The notes under the pieces were generated by a model. It had not been told where the DNA came from. It was given only the letters and a program-made list of their open reading frames with translations, and ran no database searches. Both the position numbers and the translations under genes were made by a program. Source: Octopus bimaculoides (taxonomy: Eukaryota). From it: a stretch of 64,000 bases of DNA. Shown here one piece after another: positions 25,113 through 38,801 of the stretch. Each line of letters begins with the position of its first letter. Position 1 is the first letter of the stretch. The stretch lies in contig NC_068985.1 in NCBI RefSeq assembly GCF_001194135.2, forward strand, positions 56,211,721-56,275,720, given 5' to 3'.

Positions 25113-25450
25113 ATACATATGTGGGCACAGGACGCCATGAAACGTGTACAACAAAAATATACGAAGAACGAGTACATGGAATATGTACTATTTTTTCGAA
25201 TAACGAAAGACACAAACGGAAAACAAGACAAACAACATAAATAACGACCATTCATCAGTTGTTGGCTGTTTTTCTAATCCATTTTTCGAGCAATTAACGA
25301 CAATATACGCTTTCGATAAAACAGTTGCTCCCGCAAAGCAAATTAAATAAAATTTGGGATTTTGCGGAAGGTCAAAATTGGTAACACAAACAGGACATTG
25401 AAATTAAATAGGAAGGGCTGCTAAGCCTAAACGAGGTTGAGGTGGCGAAC
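25113..25450 (-). mobile_element. PLE-type terminal repeat fragment abutting a gap/(AT)n tract
   Basis: Homologous to 11400-11720. Confidence 0.6.
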
Positions 25451-25658
25451 GTGTAAATCAAGATTGGACAGGAGACAAACAAGGACACGTCTTCCTTGTT
25501 CCAGTTACAATGGACAGAAAGAAAGAAAGATGGCCGATGGTCACATGGGAATCACGTGAGCAAGGGAGAACGATTGAGGGAAAGAGAGAGTGACAGAGTA
25601 ATAGGATAGAATAGTGGGAGAAGAGGAGGTAAAAGAATAAAAGAGAGAAAAAAGTAAA

Positions 25659-25825
25659 ACGACGGGCTTCTTTCAGTTTCCGTCTGCCAAATCCACTCAC
25701 AAGGCTTTGGTCGGCCCGAGGTTATAACAGAAGACACTTGCCCAAGATGCTACGCAGTGGGACTGAACCCGGAACCATCTGGTTGGTAAGCAAGCTACTC
25801 ACCACACAACCACTTCTGTGCCTAT
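25659..25825 (-). mobile_element. SINE family A head and body
   Basis: Close match to 4851-5017. Confidence 0.85.
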
Positions 25826-26091
25826 GTATGTCTAACTTTTCTATACATTTATCACATCCTGAATGATAAATGTATAGAATCCTTAACATCACATTTAACC
25901 ATCACGTAGCCAAAAAAATTTGACAATCGTCAGTTTTATTCTGATCCTGAGTATGTGTGTGTGTGTGTGTGTATATATATTTGTATGTATGTATATATAA
26001 ATAATATAAATACATATACATACATACATACAAACAAACATACATGTAGATGTATGTGTGTTCGTGCAAGTAATCGCGTGCGCATACATGT

Positions 26092-26158
<67 letters not shown>

Positions 26159-26695
26159 GTGTATGTTGTGTATGTTGTGTGTGTGTGTGTGTAAATGAAT
26201 TAGAATTTGGGAAAAGAAACTCTCGAGAATTATGTAAAATTATGTTGACAATAGCGGCATTAAAAATCAAAACAAAACAGCAACAATAGCAAACAATATT
26301 TGGAGAGTTGTTGCTTTCCGAAATCTCCCTTGGATGAAAAGTAAACATGAAGTAATTGGAGATATAGATATTAATTTTGATATGTGTGTATGTATTTTGC
26401 ATACGTATAAGCATGTATGTTTGTATATGCATGTGCCTTTGTGAATGTGTGTTTGTATAGATGAGTGTATAAATGTGTGCGTATGTGTATGCGTGTATTT
26501 GTGTATATATAACTATGTATGCATCCACATACGTATAGGATATATGTACGTATATATGTATGTCGCTTTATATAAATTATGAATGTGCATGTGTGAGCAT
26601 TTGTATTTACGGATAACGCACGCATGCGTGTATATGCACATATGTACACACATATACACATATATGCATATACATATACTCTTGCACACATATAT

Positions 26696-26773
<78 letters not shown>

Positions 26774-27997
26774 ATATATATATATATATTATTTGTATAT
26801 GTCTATATATATATGTATATGTGCTGTATTTATGTGTATATTCATATGTATATATACAGATATACATATACACACATATAATCGTACAAGTATATACATA
26901 TATAAATATAGATATATAGATGTAGATGCATATACACACAAACAAACACACATGCACACACACCCACACTCACACCTACACACACATTGATCCCTCTATT
27001 CATCACTGACCTCGTAGCCTCAAAATAAATAGGGAAAATAAAAGAAACGAAAATACGACATTGAAAGCAACAACGGACTCAAAAACTATTCTCGAAGGAA
27101 TATTAGTTATAAATAAACGCATGAATAAATAAAAGTATGAATAAATAAATATAACAAAAAAATGGAAGGAAGTGGAAGGAAAACACAAAGAACAAATCAA
27201 TATTGATATATTTGATGAAGGATATTTAAGTAAAATACTGATGCGTTATCTTATCCCTCTTGATGACAACGACAGGAAATAGATATTGAAATCCCTTATA
27301 GCTGTAGCTGTGTTATGGGGGTTGTGGGGTTGTATGCGAAGAGGAGAATTACTCCTAGTTAGAGCAACCCCTAGTGTATTGTGAGCCTTGTTCTATGTAT
27401 TTTGTTCTGTTTAGAATTTACGGTGAATTTCTATCTTTTTATCTTATACTTGTTTCAGTCAGTGGACAAGCAACCATACTGTGGCTTCATCTTGAAAGGT
27501 TGAGTCCAACAAATCGACCCCCAGGGCTAATTTTTAAGGCTGGTACTTATTCTATGAATGACTTTTGCCGAAACATTAAGCTGCAGCTTTAGATAAAACG
27601 CAGTTAATACTGACTGAGTTGTACCATCAGACCACCAAGTCGTAAAAAGTTACAGCAGCATCAGTGCCAAGCAGTGTTTAGGCGTAAATGAACTTTTGGT
27701 TAGTTAAAACATGCTTGTGACATATTTCAACTTCTAAAGTTCAACTTCTAAATCAATGTCGGTTCCTACAAAACAGCCATGTTTAAGTGGATTTTTATAG
27801 AAACCAGCAAACAAAACAGGTGTAGATATGCATGAGTGTATATATGTCTCTGTCTGTGTATGTTTCTGTGTATGTATGTATTTATATATAAATATACATC
27901 TATGCATGTGTATGTGCTTATAAGCTTTCAACGTTGCTATAACTGTTGCGCCTTTTAACGCTCCCTACCCTATATGATGGGATTTATTTGTACTTAC

Positions 27998-28170
27998 GGC
28001 AGTATTTATCCGATGTGTGTTGAGCAGTCTCCGACCAACGAGTTCACCACGTCCCTCACAAATGTTGACCGCATCCGACGGTCGACCGCAGTCGAAGCTT
28101 TCATGAAGTGCAGACGCCGTAGTCGTAGTCGTCATTCGCTGTTGGGGTGTAGAGTTCATGTTAGGAATTT
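27998..28170 (-). CDS. Candidate host-gene coding exon (173 nt), product unknown
   Basis: RC acceptor TTGTATTTCCACAG| and donor GCC|GTAAGT; only one open frame (IPNMNSTPQQRMTTTTTASALHESFDCGRPSDAVNICEGRGELVGRRLLNTHRINTA); locally GC/CpG-rich and not seen elsewhere in the window. No homology recognised. Confidence 0.35.
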
Positions 28171-29125
28171 CTGTGGAAATACAAGTTCATATGTGGTCTC
28201 CGGTCACATGCATACACACCTTGGGATACTGTGATCTGTAGCAGCTCATCTTGCTGTAGATTATCGATCGTCACAGAGGATACGCTGAACAAATCACCAC
28301 CGATTATCTGAGCAAGCGTAACCTGATTTTGAAGCGGGTTCTATAGACAAGCTTTAACAAAAGCTAAGGCGTGTCCCACTTCCAGTGGTCTTCCAGCATG
28401 CCAGACACCAGCCCAGAATTTCTGAGTGCCCGTGCTATTGCTAGATAGTCGTTGAACCTACATTTGGTTCATCCGTCCTTTGATGGAATTCGGTCTCAGT
28501 TTAATCAATCATTTCTCTCCCCTCCATTTTACTTCGTAAATTCTCTATTTATTTCTATTAATACTCTTTTTGCTTCGTTATCTCGTTTTCTTTCTTTCTT
28601 TTTATCTTATCCATCAGCCCGTATCCTTAAAACTTATAACTCCTTTCCAACTATAAAAGGCATTGCTGGGGACTTCAGCCTTTTTGTCTCCACTCAGCTC
28701 ACAGACATCTTGTTGAGAGTATTGTAGATAGTGATGATGTTGGTTATGCTTGTGGTGGTTATGGTATAGGATGTAGTGTTGGTGTTGTTAGTGATGAACG
28801 TCTATTTTCATATTTCAACAATAAACGTGGGGCGGGGATACTCTACATAATTCACACACCCTGCAAGAAATTACACCTAAATCTCCCACAAACCAGGCCT
28901 TATCGTCTTCAAAAAAGAAAGAACACAGAAGGATGTGGTGTGGTACACCATGCCGTTGATTTTGCTCGAAAGAAAGTTGGGATGTTTACAGATGGACTGT
29001 CTTTGATCAGAGGTCTACTCGATCCAGTTCAACCTAAGGCTAAAGAAATATGGTTTTACGAATATAAAGGTAGAAAATTTCCCCACCTGACAAGTTCTAC
29101 AGTAGAACTACCCACTTGAACGTGT

Positions 29126-29410
29126 TTAAATAACAATAACAACAGGAACATGGAGAACATGAGCAACAATACCGCTAACAACAACAACAACAACAACAAC
29201 AACAACGACAGCGACTACCAAGAACAATATCAACGACATTAACACCAAAAACAGCAATAAGACTACCACCAACACCACCACTACCACAACAACCACCGTC
29301 ACCACCACCACCACCACCACCACCACCACAGCAACGACAACGACCGCCACTACAACAGCAACACTACCAAGAACAATATCAACAACAGGAATCATTATCA
29401 TCGTCATCAT
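29126..29410. repeat. Degenerate (AAC)/(ACC)n trinucleotide tract
   Basis: Direct reading. Confidence 0.85.
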
Positions 29411-29498
29411 CCCGTATTTTTACGCGATGAGACTGAACCCGAAACCATGTGGTTGCAAAGCGGGCTTCTTAACCATTCAGTTATTTCTACGCCTATCC

Positions 29499-29499
<1 letters not shown>

Positions 29500-29558
<59 letters not shown>

Positions 29559-29589
29559 GTCTGTCTGTCTGTCTGTCTGTCGATCTGTC

Positions 29590-29638
<49 letters not shown>

Positions 29639-29945
29639 GGCAAGTATATATTTATGTGTATGCGTGTGGGTATGAGAGTGTATGTGAGTATGCGTGTGTA
29701 TGTGAGTGTAAGTATGTTTATGTGAGTGTATGTGTGTGTATGTGAGTCTGTGAGTGTATGTGTGTATGTGTATTATGTGAGTTTGTGTGTGAATGTGTAT
29801 GTGTTTGTATGAGTGTTTGTGTATGTGTATGTATGTGAGTGTATGTGTGTGTATGAGTGTTTGTGTATGTGTATGTATGTGAGTGTATGTGTGTGCATGT
29901 ATGTATGTGTGTGTATGTGAGTGTATGTGTGTGTATGTGTATATA
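29500..29945. repeat. (TATC)n-(TGTC)n-(TG)n followed by a degenerate TGTGAGTGTATG minisatellite
   Basis: Direct reading. Confidence 0.85.
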
Positions 29946-30325
29946 CCTCCACTCACTTCATATTTTATTCTCCTGACAAAAATCACTTAAAAAAATGAAA
30001 ATGAAAAAAAATATGTTGCTGTTACTTTTTGAGTAATTATGCACTTTGCAACTGCATTTCATTATTAATACAAGCCAATAATTCGATTTTCATTTGAAAA
30101 TATCGAAACTTAACGACAATTATCGAACATTTATGATACGTGATTTTCATTTGGATTATGGAAGGCCGTACTAATGGAATATTATGGAAGGCCAGTTTTA
30201 TCTATAACAACAAGTTGCATGCCATCACTACGTCTTTTTTGTGAGATTGGCTTGTCAATTCATGCTCGTGTTTGTGTGTGAGTGTGTGCGTGTGTGTGAG
30301 TGTGTGCGTGTGTGTGAGTAGATAC

Positions 30326-30380
<55 letters not shown>

Positions 30381-30554
30381 CACATTCTTTTAGATATTTA
30401 GAAAAAATATACGACTATGTTGTCTAAATATGTCTGGAACTTGAATAATAAAAATGTTATTTCTATCCTTCAGTTTTCGAAACGATGTCTCCATACTTTA
30501 ATGGCTTACCAAAATTTTTTTAATGTTCACCTAATAACTATAATATATTCTTTT

Positions 30555-30650
30555 CTACTCTGGGCACAAGGCTCAAAATTTTTGGTGCTTAATTGATCGA
30601 CCCCGAATGATGGAAGGCAAAGTCCACCTCGGCGGAATTTAAACCCATCG
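30555..30650 (-). mobile_element. SINE family C, partial degenerate copy
   Basis: CTACTCTGGGCACAAGGCTCAAAATTTTTGG...GGCAAAGTCCACCTCGGCGGAATTTAAACCC matches 19232-19372. Confidence 0.7.
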
Positions 30651-30746
30651 CCATCCGAATAAATCTTTTTTAAAAACTTTGTTACCTATCGGGTAGGAAA
30701 AATAACATTTTTGAATCGAAGTACAAATTAATTTCCGATATCCAGA

Positions 30747-30818
<72 letters not shown>

Positions 30819-30835
30819 ATCTATCTATCTATCTA

Positions 30836-30895
<60 letters not shown>

Positions 30896-30973
30896 CCCAC
30901 TTGTCTGTCTGTCTGTCTACCCACCTGTCTGTCTGTCCCTCACTCTCTCTCTCTCTCTCTCCATCCATCTATC

Positions 30974-31011
<38 letters not shown>

Positions 31012-31593
31012 GTGTGAGTATGTAAGGTATGATGTAATTTGTTTGAAGCAGTACAATGTGAATAAATGAAATAAATGTTTGAAAACGACTTTGAGCAATG
31101 CAGGTGAAAAGTTCAGAAAGATATGAATGTGGTATCAATAAATGAAAGCCAAGAGCTAACCTCAGCGGGATTTGAACTGAGACGGTAGAAAATAAAAACA
31201 GGAAGTGGCTGTAAAATTTCTGAATATCTGTATTTGAATATTTCTCCGTGAAAGTACGCATTATCTGCTGATATCAATGATGGTCATAATCACTCCTCAC
31301 CAAGACAAAGCCACCATCACCAAATCGTGATTTGGTGATTTGGCAATGATCACATGATATATTTCTTAAGAACAAAATTCTGTACAAAACTGGAAAAATA
31401 ACATCAGGATATCTGAGAATTTCCAGTTTGCTACACTGCATTCGTTGCAATGGATACGAAGGTAAATATATTACCTGATCGAAGTAATGATGGATTTTAC
31501 GCCGGTTTCAGCGATGAGCGCTCAGTTGTTCTAGCAACGAAGTCGGACCTTTGAATTACAGGCGTAGTTCTGAGAGAGTGAGAAATAGAAAAA

Positions 31594-31679
<86 letters not shown>

Positions 31680-31990
31680 TCAAGACAAAGAGAAAGAGAG
31701 GAGGGGAGGAAGACGTACAGGTACAGATGGTAATTTATTCATTGACCACTAAAAAAATTGTAAAAGGCTATGGTGACGTGGGCAATTTCTGAACTCAGAG
31801 ATTCATGCGCTAGAGCAATATCACAAAGTATTGTATAAGTCACTATTACGATTGTACAAATTCACACCACCATGCTAGGTAACCGTGTGTCTAATATAAC
31901 TAATCTTCACTCAGATTTAATCTCTTAATAAACTAATTTATTACGATTAGCTTCAAAAGAAATGTTTGTTAGCCGACAAGTATAGTCAAA

Positions 31991-32090
31991 GGAAGGAAGA
32001 AAGGAAAGAAGGAAGGAAGAAAGGAAAGAAGGAAAGAAGGAAGGAAGGAAGGAAGGAAGGAAGGAAGGAAGGAAGGAAGGAAGGAAGGAT
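31991..32090. repeat. (GGAA)n microsatellite between the 5' TSD and the SINE B head
   Basis: Direct reading. Confidence 0.9.
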
Positions 32091-32094
32091 GGAT

Positions 32095-32479
32095 GTGGAG
32101 GCGCAATGGCCCAGTGGTTAGGGCAGCGGACTCGCGGTCATAGGATCGCGGTTTCGATTCCCAGACCGGGCGTTGTGAGTGTTCATTGAGCGAAAACACC
32201 TAAAGCTCCACGAGGCTCCGGCAGGGGATGGTGGCGAACCCTGCTGTACTCTTTCACTACAACTTTCTCTCACTCTTACTTCCTGTTTCTGTTGTGCATG
32301 TGATTCAAAGGGTCAACCTTGTCACACTGTGTCACGCTGAATATCCCCGAGAACTAAGTTAAGGGTACACGTGTCTGTGGAGTGCTCAGCCACTTGCACG
32401 TTAATTTCGCAAGCAGGCTGTTTTGTTGATTGGATCAACTGGAACCCTCGACGTCGTAAGCGACGGATTGCCAACAACA
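32095..32479 (+). mobile_element. tRNA-derived SINE family B, full-length, (CAA)n tail
   Basis: GTGGAGGCGCAATGGCCCAGTGGTTAGGG...GGTTTCGATTCCC head; highly similar along its whole length to 49754-50148; 13-bp TSD ATAGTCAAAGGAA at 31982-31994 and 32480-32492. Confidence 0.92.
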
Positions 32480-33265
32480 ATAGTCAAAGGAACAGACTTC
32501 GGAAGAATATGTACATGTATTCGAACTTGTTCTCTTCTGTTGGTATCCTTGTTTTATTGATCTCAGAAGGACAAAAGGCAAGTTCAACATCAATGAAGGT
32601 TGAAAGGAATGTAGAGGGACAATGTTAAATTAAGTAATCAAAGCTGTTTAGTCCCTCATCACTCTACTGTAATCTATTATTTCAACAGCCCATATAGTAG
32701 TTATAATTAACAATCAAATTAATATCTTAAATCTAGCGAACTTATTAAAATACCAGCAGTAAATAAGTGAATACCGTTTTATATTATTTTACTTTCGCAA
32801 TATAGGACGTGGCAGAGCGGAATTTTAGATTCTATTTACGTCTATTTCCGACAACATGACGACTTAATATAATAAAAGCAACTACATTGGCCTCTTCTTG
32901 CCTTCATATTCTTTCTCTCTTCTATTTATGCATCTCTGTTTATTTCTTCCTCCTCAGTTTTACTCTCTCTGTTTTTCTCTCTGTAAAGCTCTCTTTCTCA
33001 CAATTCAATACTGTCCTGTTATCTCAACATTGCTAAATTGTTTTCCCCCAGAGGATCCAAAAGTTCGAGCGTTTTGCATTCAGGGTGTTTGCATTCTGTA
33101 TTAGATGGATTTTATCACGGGACGAATTCGCCCCGTCACCAGTGGTACTGTACAAAATTATAGATAGTTTCTCCTCTGCTGTTGACAGTTAATTATCTTA
33201 GCCCCGCACATTACGCAACGCTGGTTGTTAGTGTATTTAAATCACGGACTTATGTATGTGCGTGC

Positions 33266-33354
<89 letters not shown>

Positions 33355-35473
33355 GGTGTGTATACGCGTAGGTATGTCATAGAATGAATACGTATAATTT
33401 ATGTGCATTTACCCTAAGTTTATTATGTGAAGGTGAACGTCTGAGTATGCAGGGAATACAGCGTATACAGGAAATTAGTAGGAAGTTGAAAGATCAGTGG
33501 TTCACATTCTGGCTTTTCTACAATTTTTGTATGTCCCGAGTCAGCACATTTGAGCTTCAAATGCAGAACTGACATAATTTTATGCAGATATTTCATTGTG
33601 TTATATAATTCATGTTCATGTTTTAGGAAGTGGAAGCACTGTAAAATCAACGTGTGTCATCAACTTGCAATGTGGAGTTCGATTCTTTCGTTGACCTGGA
33701 AAAGAGACGACACTAGGAAAACATTCTAGTTCTCTTGAATAAATACATGAAACGTGGAAGACATCCGGTACCGTTATAGTGTGCACTTGGTGTATGAACA
33801 ACCTCTCACAGCTGTTTCGCTGATTGCATTCTAGTGCTTGCCAGAGTCAGAAGATAATCTCAATACGTTGAAATAACAAAAAAATATTTTCAAATGATTC
33901 TAGAAATTTCGGGAATATTGATATTTGAGTCCACCGGACTCAAATATCACAGTTGTTGACCTGTTTTCCTTACATGTCGTTTTGTGGTTTACAATACAAA
34001 TGTAATTGCTACTATGGCGGATAGTAACATCTTGGAAGCTGGGTAGATTGTAATGTTTTTACTTATTTAATCCCAGGTCTGAGGACGGCAAGTGACGCAA
34101 GTACACATCGCTGTTAAACATGAGTATTTTAGAATAGATGGCAATGAAAATCACTATTGTTGCTGATTAATTGGCGAGGGTTTTCATCAGCGCCATCTAG
34201 ACAAAAATAGTTGAAACAATAGATGAAGTGGTTTCTACGCCACAACAGATTAGCCTAGCTTAGTCTAGATTAGTCTAGTTCATAACAATATATTATGTAT
34301 TAATGGAAATTTAGAATACCTAGGGTCTCACACCCAGCTTTTGCATACATGTAAAAACAACCTTAAAAACAACAAAATAAGCCAATTATCCAATTAATAT
34401 AAGTCTCTTACAATATTATCTCAGATATATAATTGCTATCCTATTTTCTTTAGATTTCTTTGTGTTTTGTTTGTTATTTTAAAGTTCAAATTTTTTAAAG
34501 CTTGTTTTTCCATACTAGCTTGGCTTTGACGAAAATCTATTATGTTTTACAGCCGAATGCCCAACCTGTCGCTAACATTTATCTGTCTTTCATATAAGGA
34601 AACGCATATTCAGTACTTCCTCGAAAGCACGGAACCAGCAGACGATCTATTGAGGTGTTTTCCATGCGAAGCACACAGAATGTAAACATTCACACCAACA
34701 CACTCGTACAAGCACACATTTCCCACCATACTCTTACACATACAGATATACACAGGTTTTGTACAGTTGTCGTCTACCAAATTCCCTTATAAGGTATTGG
34801 TCGTCGCAGTACTGCAGTAAAAGACACTTTCCCAGCTGCTGTTTAGCCTCAGGTCAGTCCAAACCAAGCCAACCCTTGGTCAAAAATGTTCCAGCTGTGA
34901 CTTTCCTGTCTTTTCTATATTTAGGATTACTTTGTCGTATGTGCCATCCCGTTTTCAAGGCAGTAGGATATGATTTGAGTGAAATTTGGTTGCTATTTTT
35001 AGCAAAACGAGCTATCACATAGAGAGCCCTTCATCAACTGTAAGAGCTGCTCGTCTGCTTTCTTTGTAGGGATTTTCATTTTGGGATTACAAAAGAAAAA
35101 AGATATTTCCAAAGTTCTGCCCAGTTATTGGAGAATGTTTGAAGATAATTTCTAAAACATATCATAAAAGAAAAAGAGAAAATGAAGAAGAAATTAAAAA
35201 AAAAATGTTGAAAATGCAATAATGAAAATTTCATATTCTTCAATGAAAAAATGAATTATCAAATATTTCTCCTCACATGCCCTTGTATTTTAAAATTTCA
35301 ATAAACAATGGCATTATTTAATAAGAAGCCATAACAGGTTCATTGTTCCGTAAATGGAAGCAAGAAACCGTATTGAAGAAAATTCTTAGGAAAAATGAGA
35401 AAGAATTAAGAAATGGTGCGTGAATATTTTGACGGTTAAATAGTGGGAAGTACTTAACCAACGTAATAGTGTT

Positions 35474-35600
35474 TCACTCCTACCAGCACCAACACCACCA
35501 GCACCACCAGCACTACTACCACCACCAGCGCCACCAGCACCACCACCAGAACCACCAGTACCACCAGAACCAGCATCACCACCACCAGCACCACCAGCAC

Positions 35601-35635
<35 letters not shown>

Positions 35636-35680
35636 CCACCACCACCACCACCACCACCACCAACAACAACAACAACCTTC
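35474..35680. repeat. (CAC/CAG/CAA)n compound trinucleotide repeat
   Basis: Direct reading; produces the poly-H/Q ORF at 35469-35786. Confidence 0.9.
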
Positions 35681-36504
35681 TGTGTCTCAATGTCTTTTGT
35701 CTCTCTTTTTATACATTCCTTTCAGTTCATCTTCTGTCTCTATTACCTTCCAAATTCTTGATCGACAATCTATATTTCTATTTTAAGGACATCTCTTTCA
35801 TCTCAACTTCCTATCTCCCTCTCTCTTACCTTATCTCTTTCCCTTTCTCCCTCTTCAAATCCCTTTCTCTTTCTCTCATCTCAACTCTCTATTTACGTCA
35901 TCAACTTATGTGACTTCAGTATAATACAATTCCTCTTGATTCTAGTCTTCCTCCTTCACCAACTCCACCGCAGTAGATGCCATATTGTTTGTCATTCTCA
36001 ACTGCATAACATCAGGTAGTACCCATGCTTATCCATATCCTTCAACGACATATTATTTATCTGGTTCTGCAATCACACACAACATTCAGTCATTACTAAT
36101 TATAATACTCACCTTCACCGTCATATCTTCTGACCACACACATCGTTTCCTTATACACAACAATCAACCCACGAACATCTTATTCTTTAATGTTAAATAA
36201 ATGACTGGAACATTACAAGTTCTTTGCCGACTAACACTGGTAGCAAATGCTTAAGAGTTGCATCCTCTTTCAACCCATTCCAGAGGGTAAAGCAGTAATT
36301 GAAACAATCCTTTCAGTTATTTTTATACATGTCTATTACGAAACAAAAGTTCACAACGCTTGGCTGACAATATTTTATTCTCAGCTGTACTATATCAGTG
36401 CATTCAAAGAATAAATTATGAAAAGTATATAGCAAATGGGTAGTGTTCATTCCCCCTCATATTTCTAATGTAGATTGATTACATATTGTAAGGTTCAGGC
36501 ATGG

Positions 36505-37000
<496 letters not shown>

Positions 37001-37249
37001 AAAGGACCTACTAAGTTCTTCAGCGAGGTGCCCCTCGGTCACTTATACGCCTAGGAATTGGGCAGCCACCTCTAAGAGTCCTAGGACTCGAGGCAGTAGT
37101 GTTCAGGAGTTACTTTGCAAGACTAAGACTGGAAAAACAATGTCTTCGTGCAGTCTATGAACTCTACTGTTTGGTTCCTTGACAAAAGTGTTGTGTGGCA
37201 GTGGTGTGAGTTTGTGTAACGTGACAGTGCAGTTCTGAAGTGTGGTGGT

Positions 37250-37490
37250 ATAAATTACAGGTAAATTCACCGCCATCAATTCACCACTGGGAAAGTTCAC
37301 CACCATCAATTCACTGTGAAGAAAGTTCACCGCGAGGAAAGTTTACCAAGAAAATATATCCATAGTATCTCACTATTAATAGTTAAAATTATTTTATTGA
37401 AACCCTCACCACCAAAAAAAAAAAAACAAAACAAAAAATCAGAACGGTGAATTGATGACGGTGAACTTTCCCTGTATTGAATTTATGACC
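37250..37490. mobile_element. MITE/foldback-like element with inverted termini built from short subrepeats
   Basis: Left ATAAATTACAGGTAAATTCACCGCCATCAATTCACC followed by reiterated (AAAGTTCACC) units; right 37446-37486 RC = ATAAATTCAATACAGGGAAAGTTCACCGTCATCAATTCACC. Confidence 0.65.
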
Positions 37491-37619
37491 TTGAACATAC
37501 CGGACATGGGTAGTATAGTGTGGAAGTGTAAAGTTTGACACTGTAGTGAGGAAGTGCAGTGTTAGTAGTGTGTAGTAGTGCGATTGCTAAGTGTGCAAAT
37601 ATAATGTGATAGTGTAGAT

Positions 37620-37873
37620 CAATGATTCTCAACTGAGTTCCACGTGAACCTTGGTGATCCATATAAGATTTTTTTTGCTAAAATTTGTGCAATAAATTGC
37701 TTATACTTCTTCAATATACGAAAATATTTTAACAATTTTTTAATGCTATTCTTCTAATACTTAATTCTAAAAATTAATGAGATTTAAAAAAATATCAGTT
37801 GGCTATGAGGGTCCACCCAAATAAAATAGGAAATGAAGGGGTCGATAGGGAAACAAATGGTTGAGAATCACTG
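37620..37873. mobile_element. hAT (Charlie-like) MITE, 254 bp
   Basis: 14-bp TIR CA(A/G)TGATTCTCAAC; 8-bp flanks GTGTAGAT / GTGTGGGT (6/8) are consistent with a hAT TSD. Confidence 0.8.
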
Positions 37874-38744
37874 GTGTGGGTAGTAACATAGCTTGGTAGA
37901 ATAGTATGCGTGTGCTTGTGCGGTGTAGTAATGTAGTGAAGTAGTGTCAGTGTATTGATATTGTGGTGGTGTAGAATGATGGTGTAAGGTCATTTAATTT
38001 AAATGTATATGTAATCTAAGTACACTGTCTTGTATAGCAATGTAGTATGGGCATATAGTATAGTTGAATAGTGTGGCGCACGGTGTGGTAACGTAATGCG
38101 GTTGCGTGATATAGTTACGGAGGTAATAGCATACAAACTTCTACTGCAAGACTAAATAACTTGATTTGAAATGGAATAAAATTTATAGAAGCGAGTTAGT
38201 AAGTAATATTAGATAACAACATAGACCAGTATTGTCTCAGAGCCGTTGTCTGAAAGATTTTAGATGTTAGACGATGTATAATTATAAGGACGTGTTGTGA
38301 GTGCGACAAAAGAATCTTGAGATTAAAATGGATGGAACATCCGCAATAAAGAAAAAAATAATTCATATTTTCGCCACATAAATATGCTGTAGGTGTCTCT
38401 TGTCTTCAATCAGTTGAAGTTAAAAAGGAGTGCGAGTAAAGTACTTACAAATTAGACAATACTTAATATAAAATGAAGGAAGAATATTCTAGAAGACTTC
38501 AATAGAAAATTTTGAATTTATTGCTTAAGTGTTAGGATGGCAAGCGATTTAGAAATATCGATTTTGCATTTTATTTAAGAAATATATCGATAATGCATAA
38601 AAGTAACACATTGGGTTATAGAATCGACAGTAAAGTTTTCTTATTCGTGTAGTCATTCATCAATTTTCACTTCCACAGTGGAATAAAGGTACTTGAATTC
38701 GAAGTTCTACATTTTTAACGATTCTGTCATAACCCAAGAACACA

Positions 38745-38801
<57 letters not shown>

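Noticed and set aside
28171-28322. A second exon spliced to 27998-28170 via a 49-nt intron (28171-28219)
   Set aside because: The intron is implausibly short and the GTGTGT donor is weak.
32095-32170. tRNA gene (also 8697-8775, 49754-49830, 54291-54365)
   Set aside because: tRNA-like A/B boxes continue into SINE bodies with tails and TSDs; these are SINE heads, not tRNA genes.
35469-35786. His/Gln-rich ORF
   Set aside because: Translation of a (CAC/CAG)n microsatellite.
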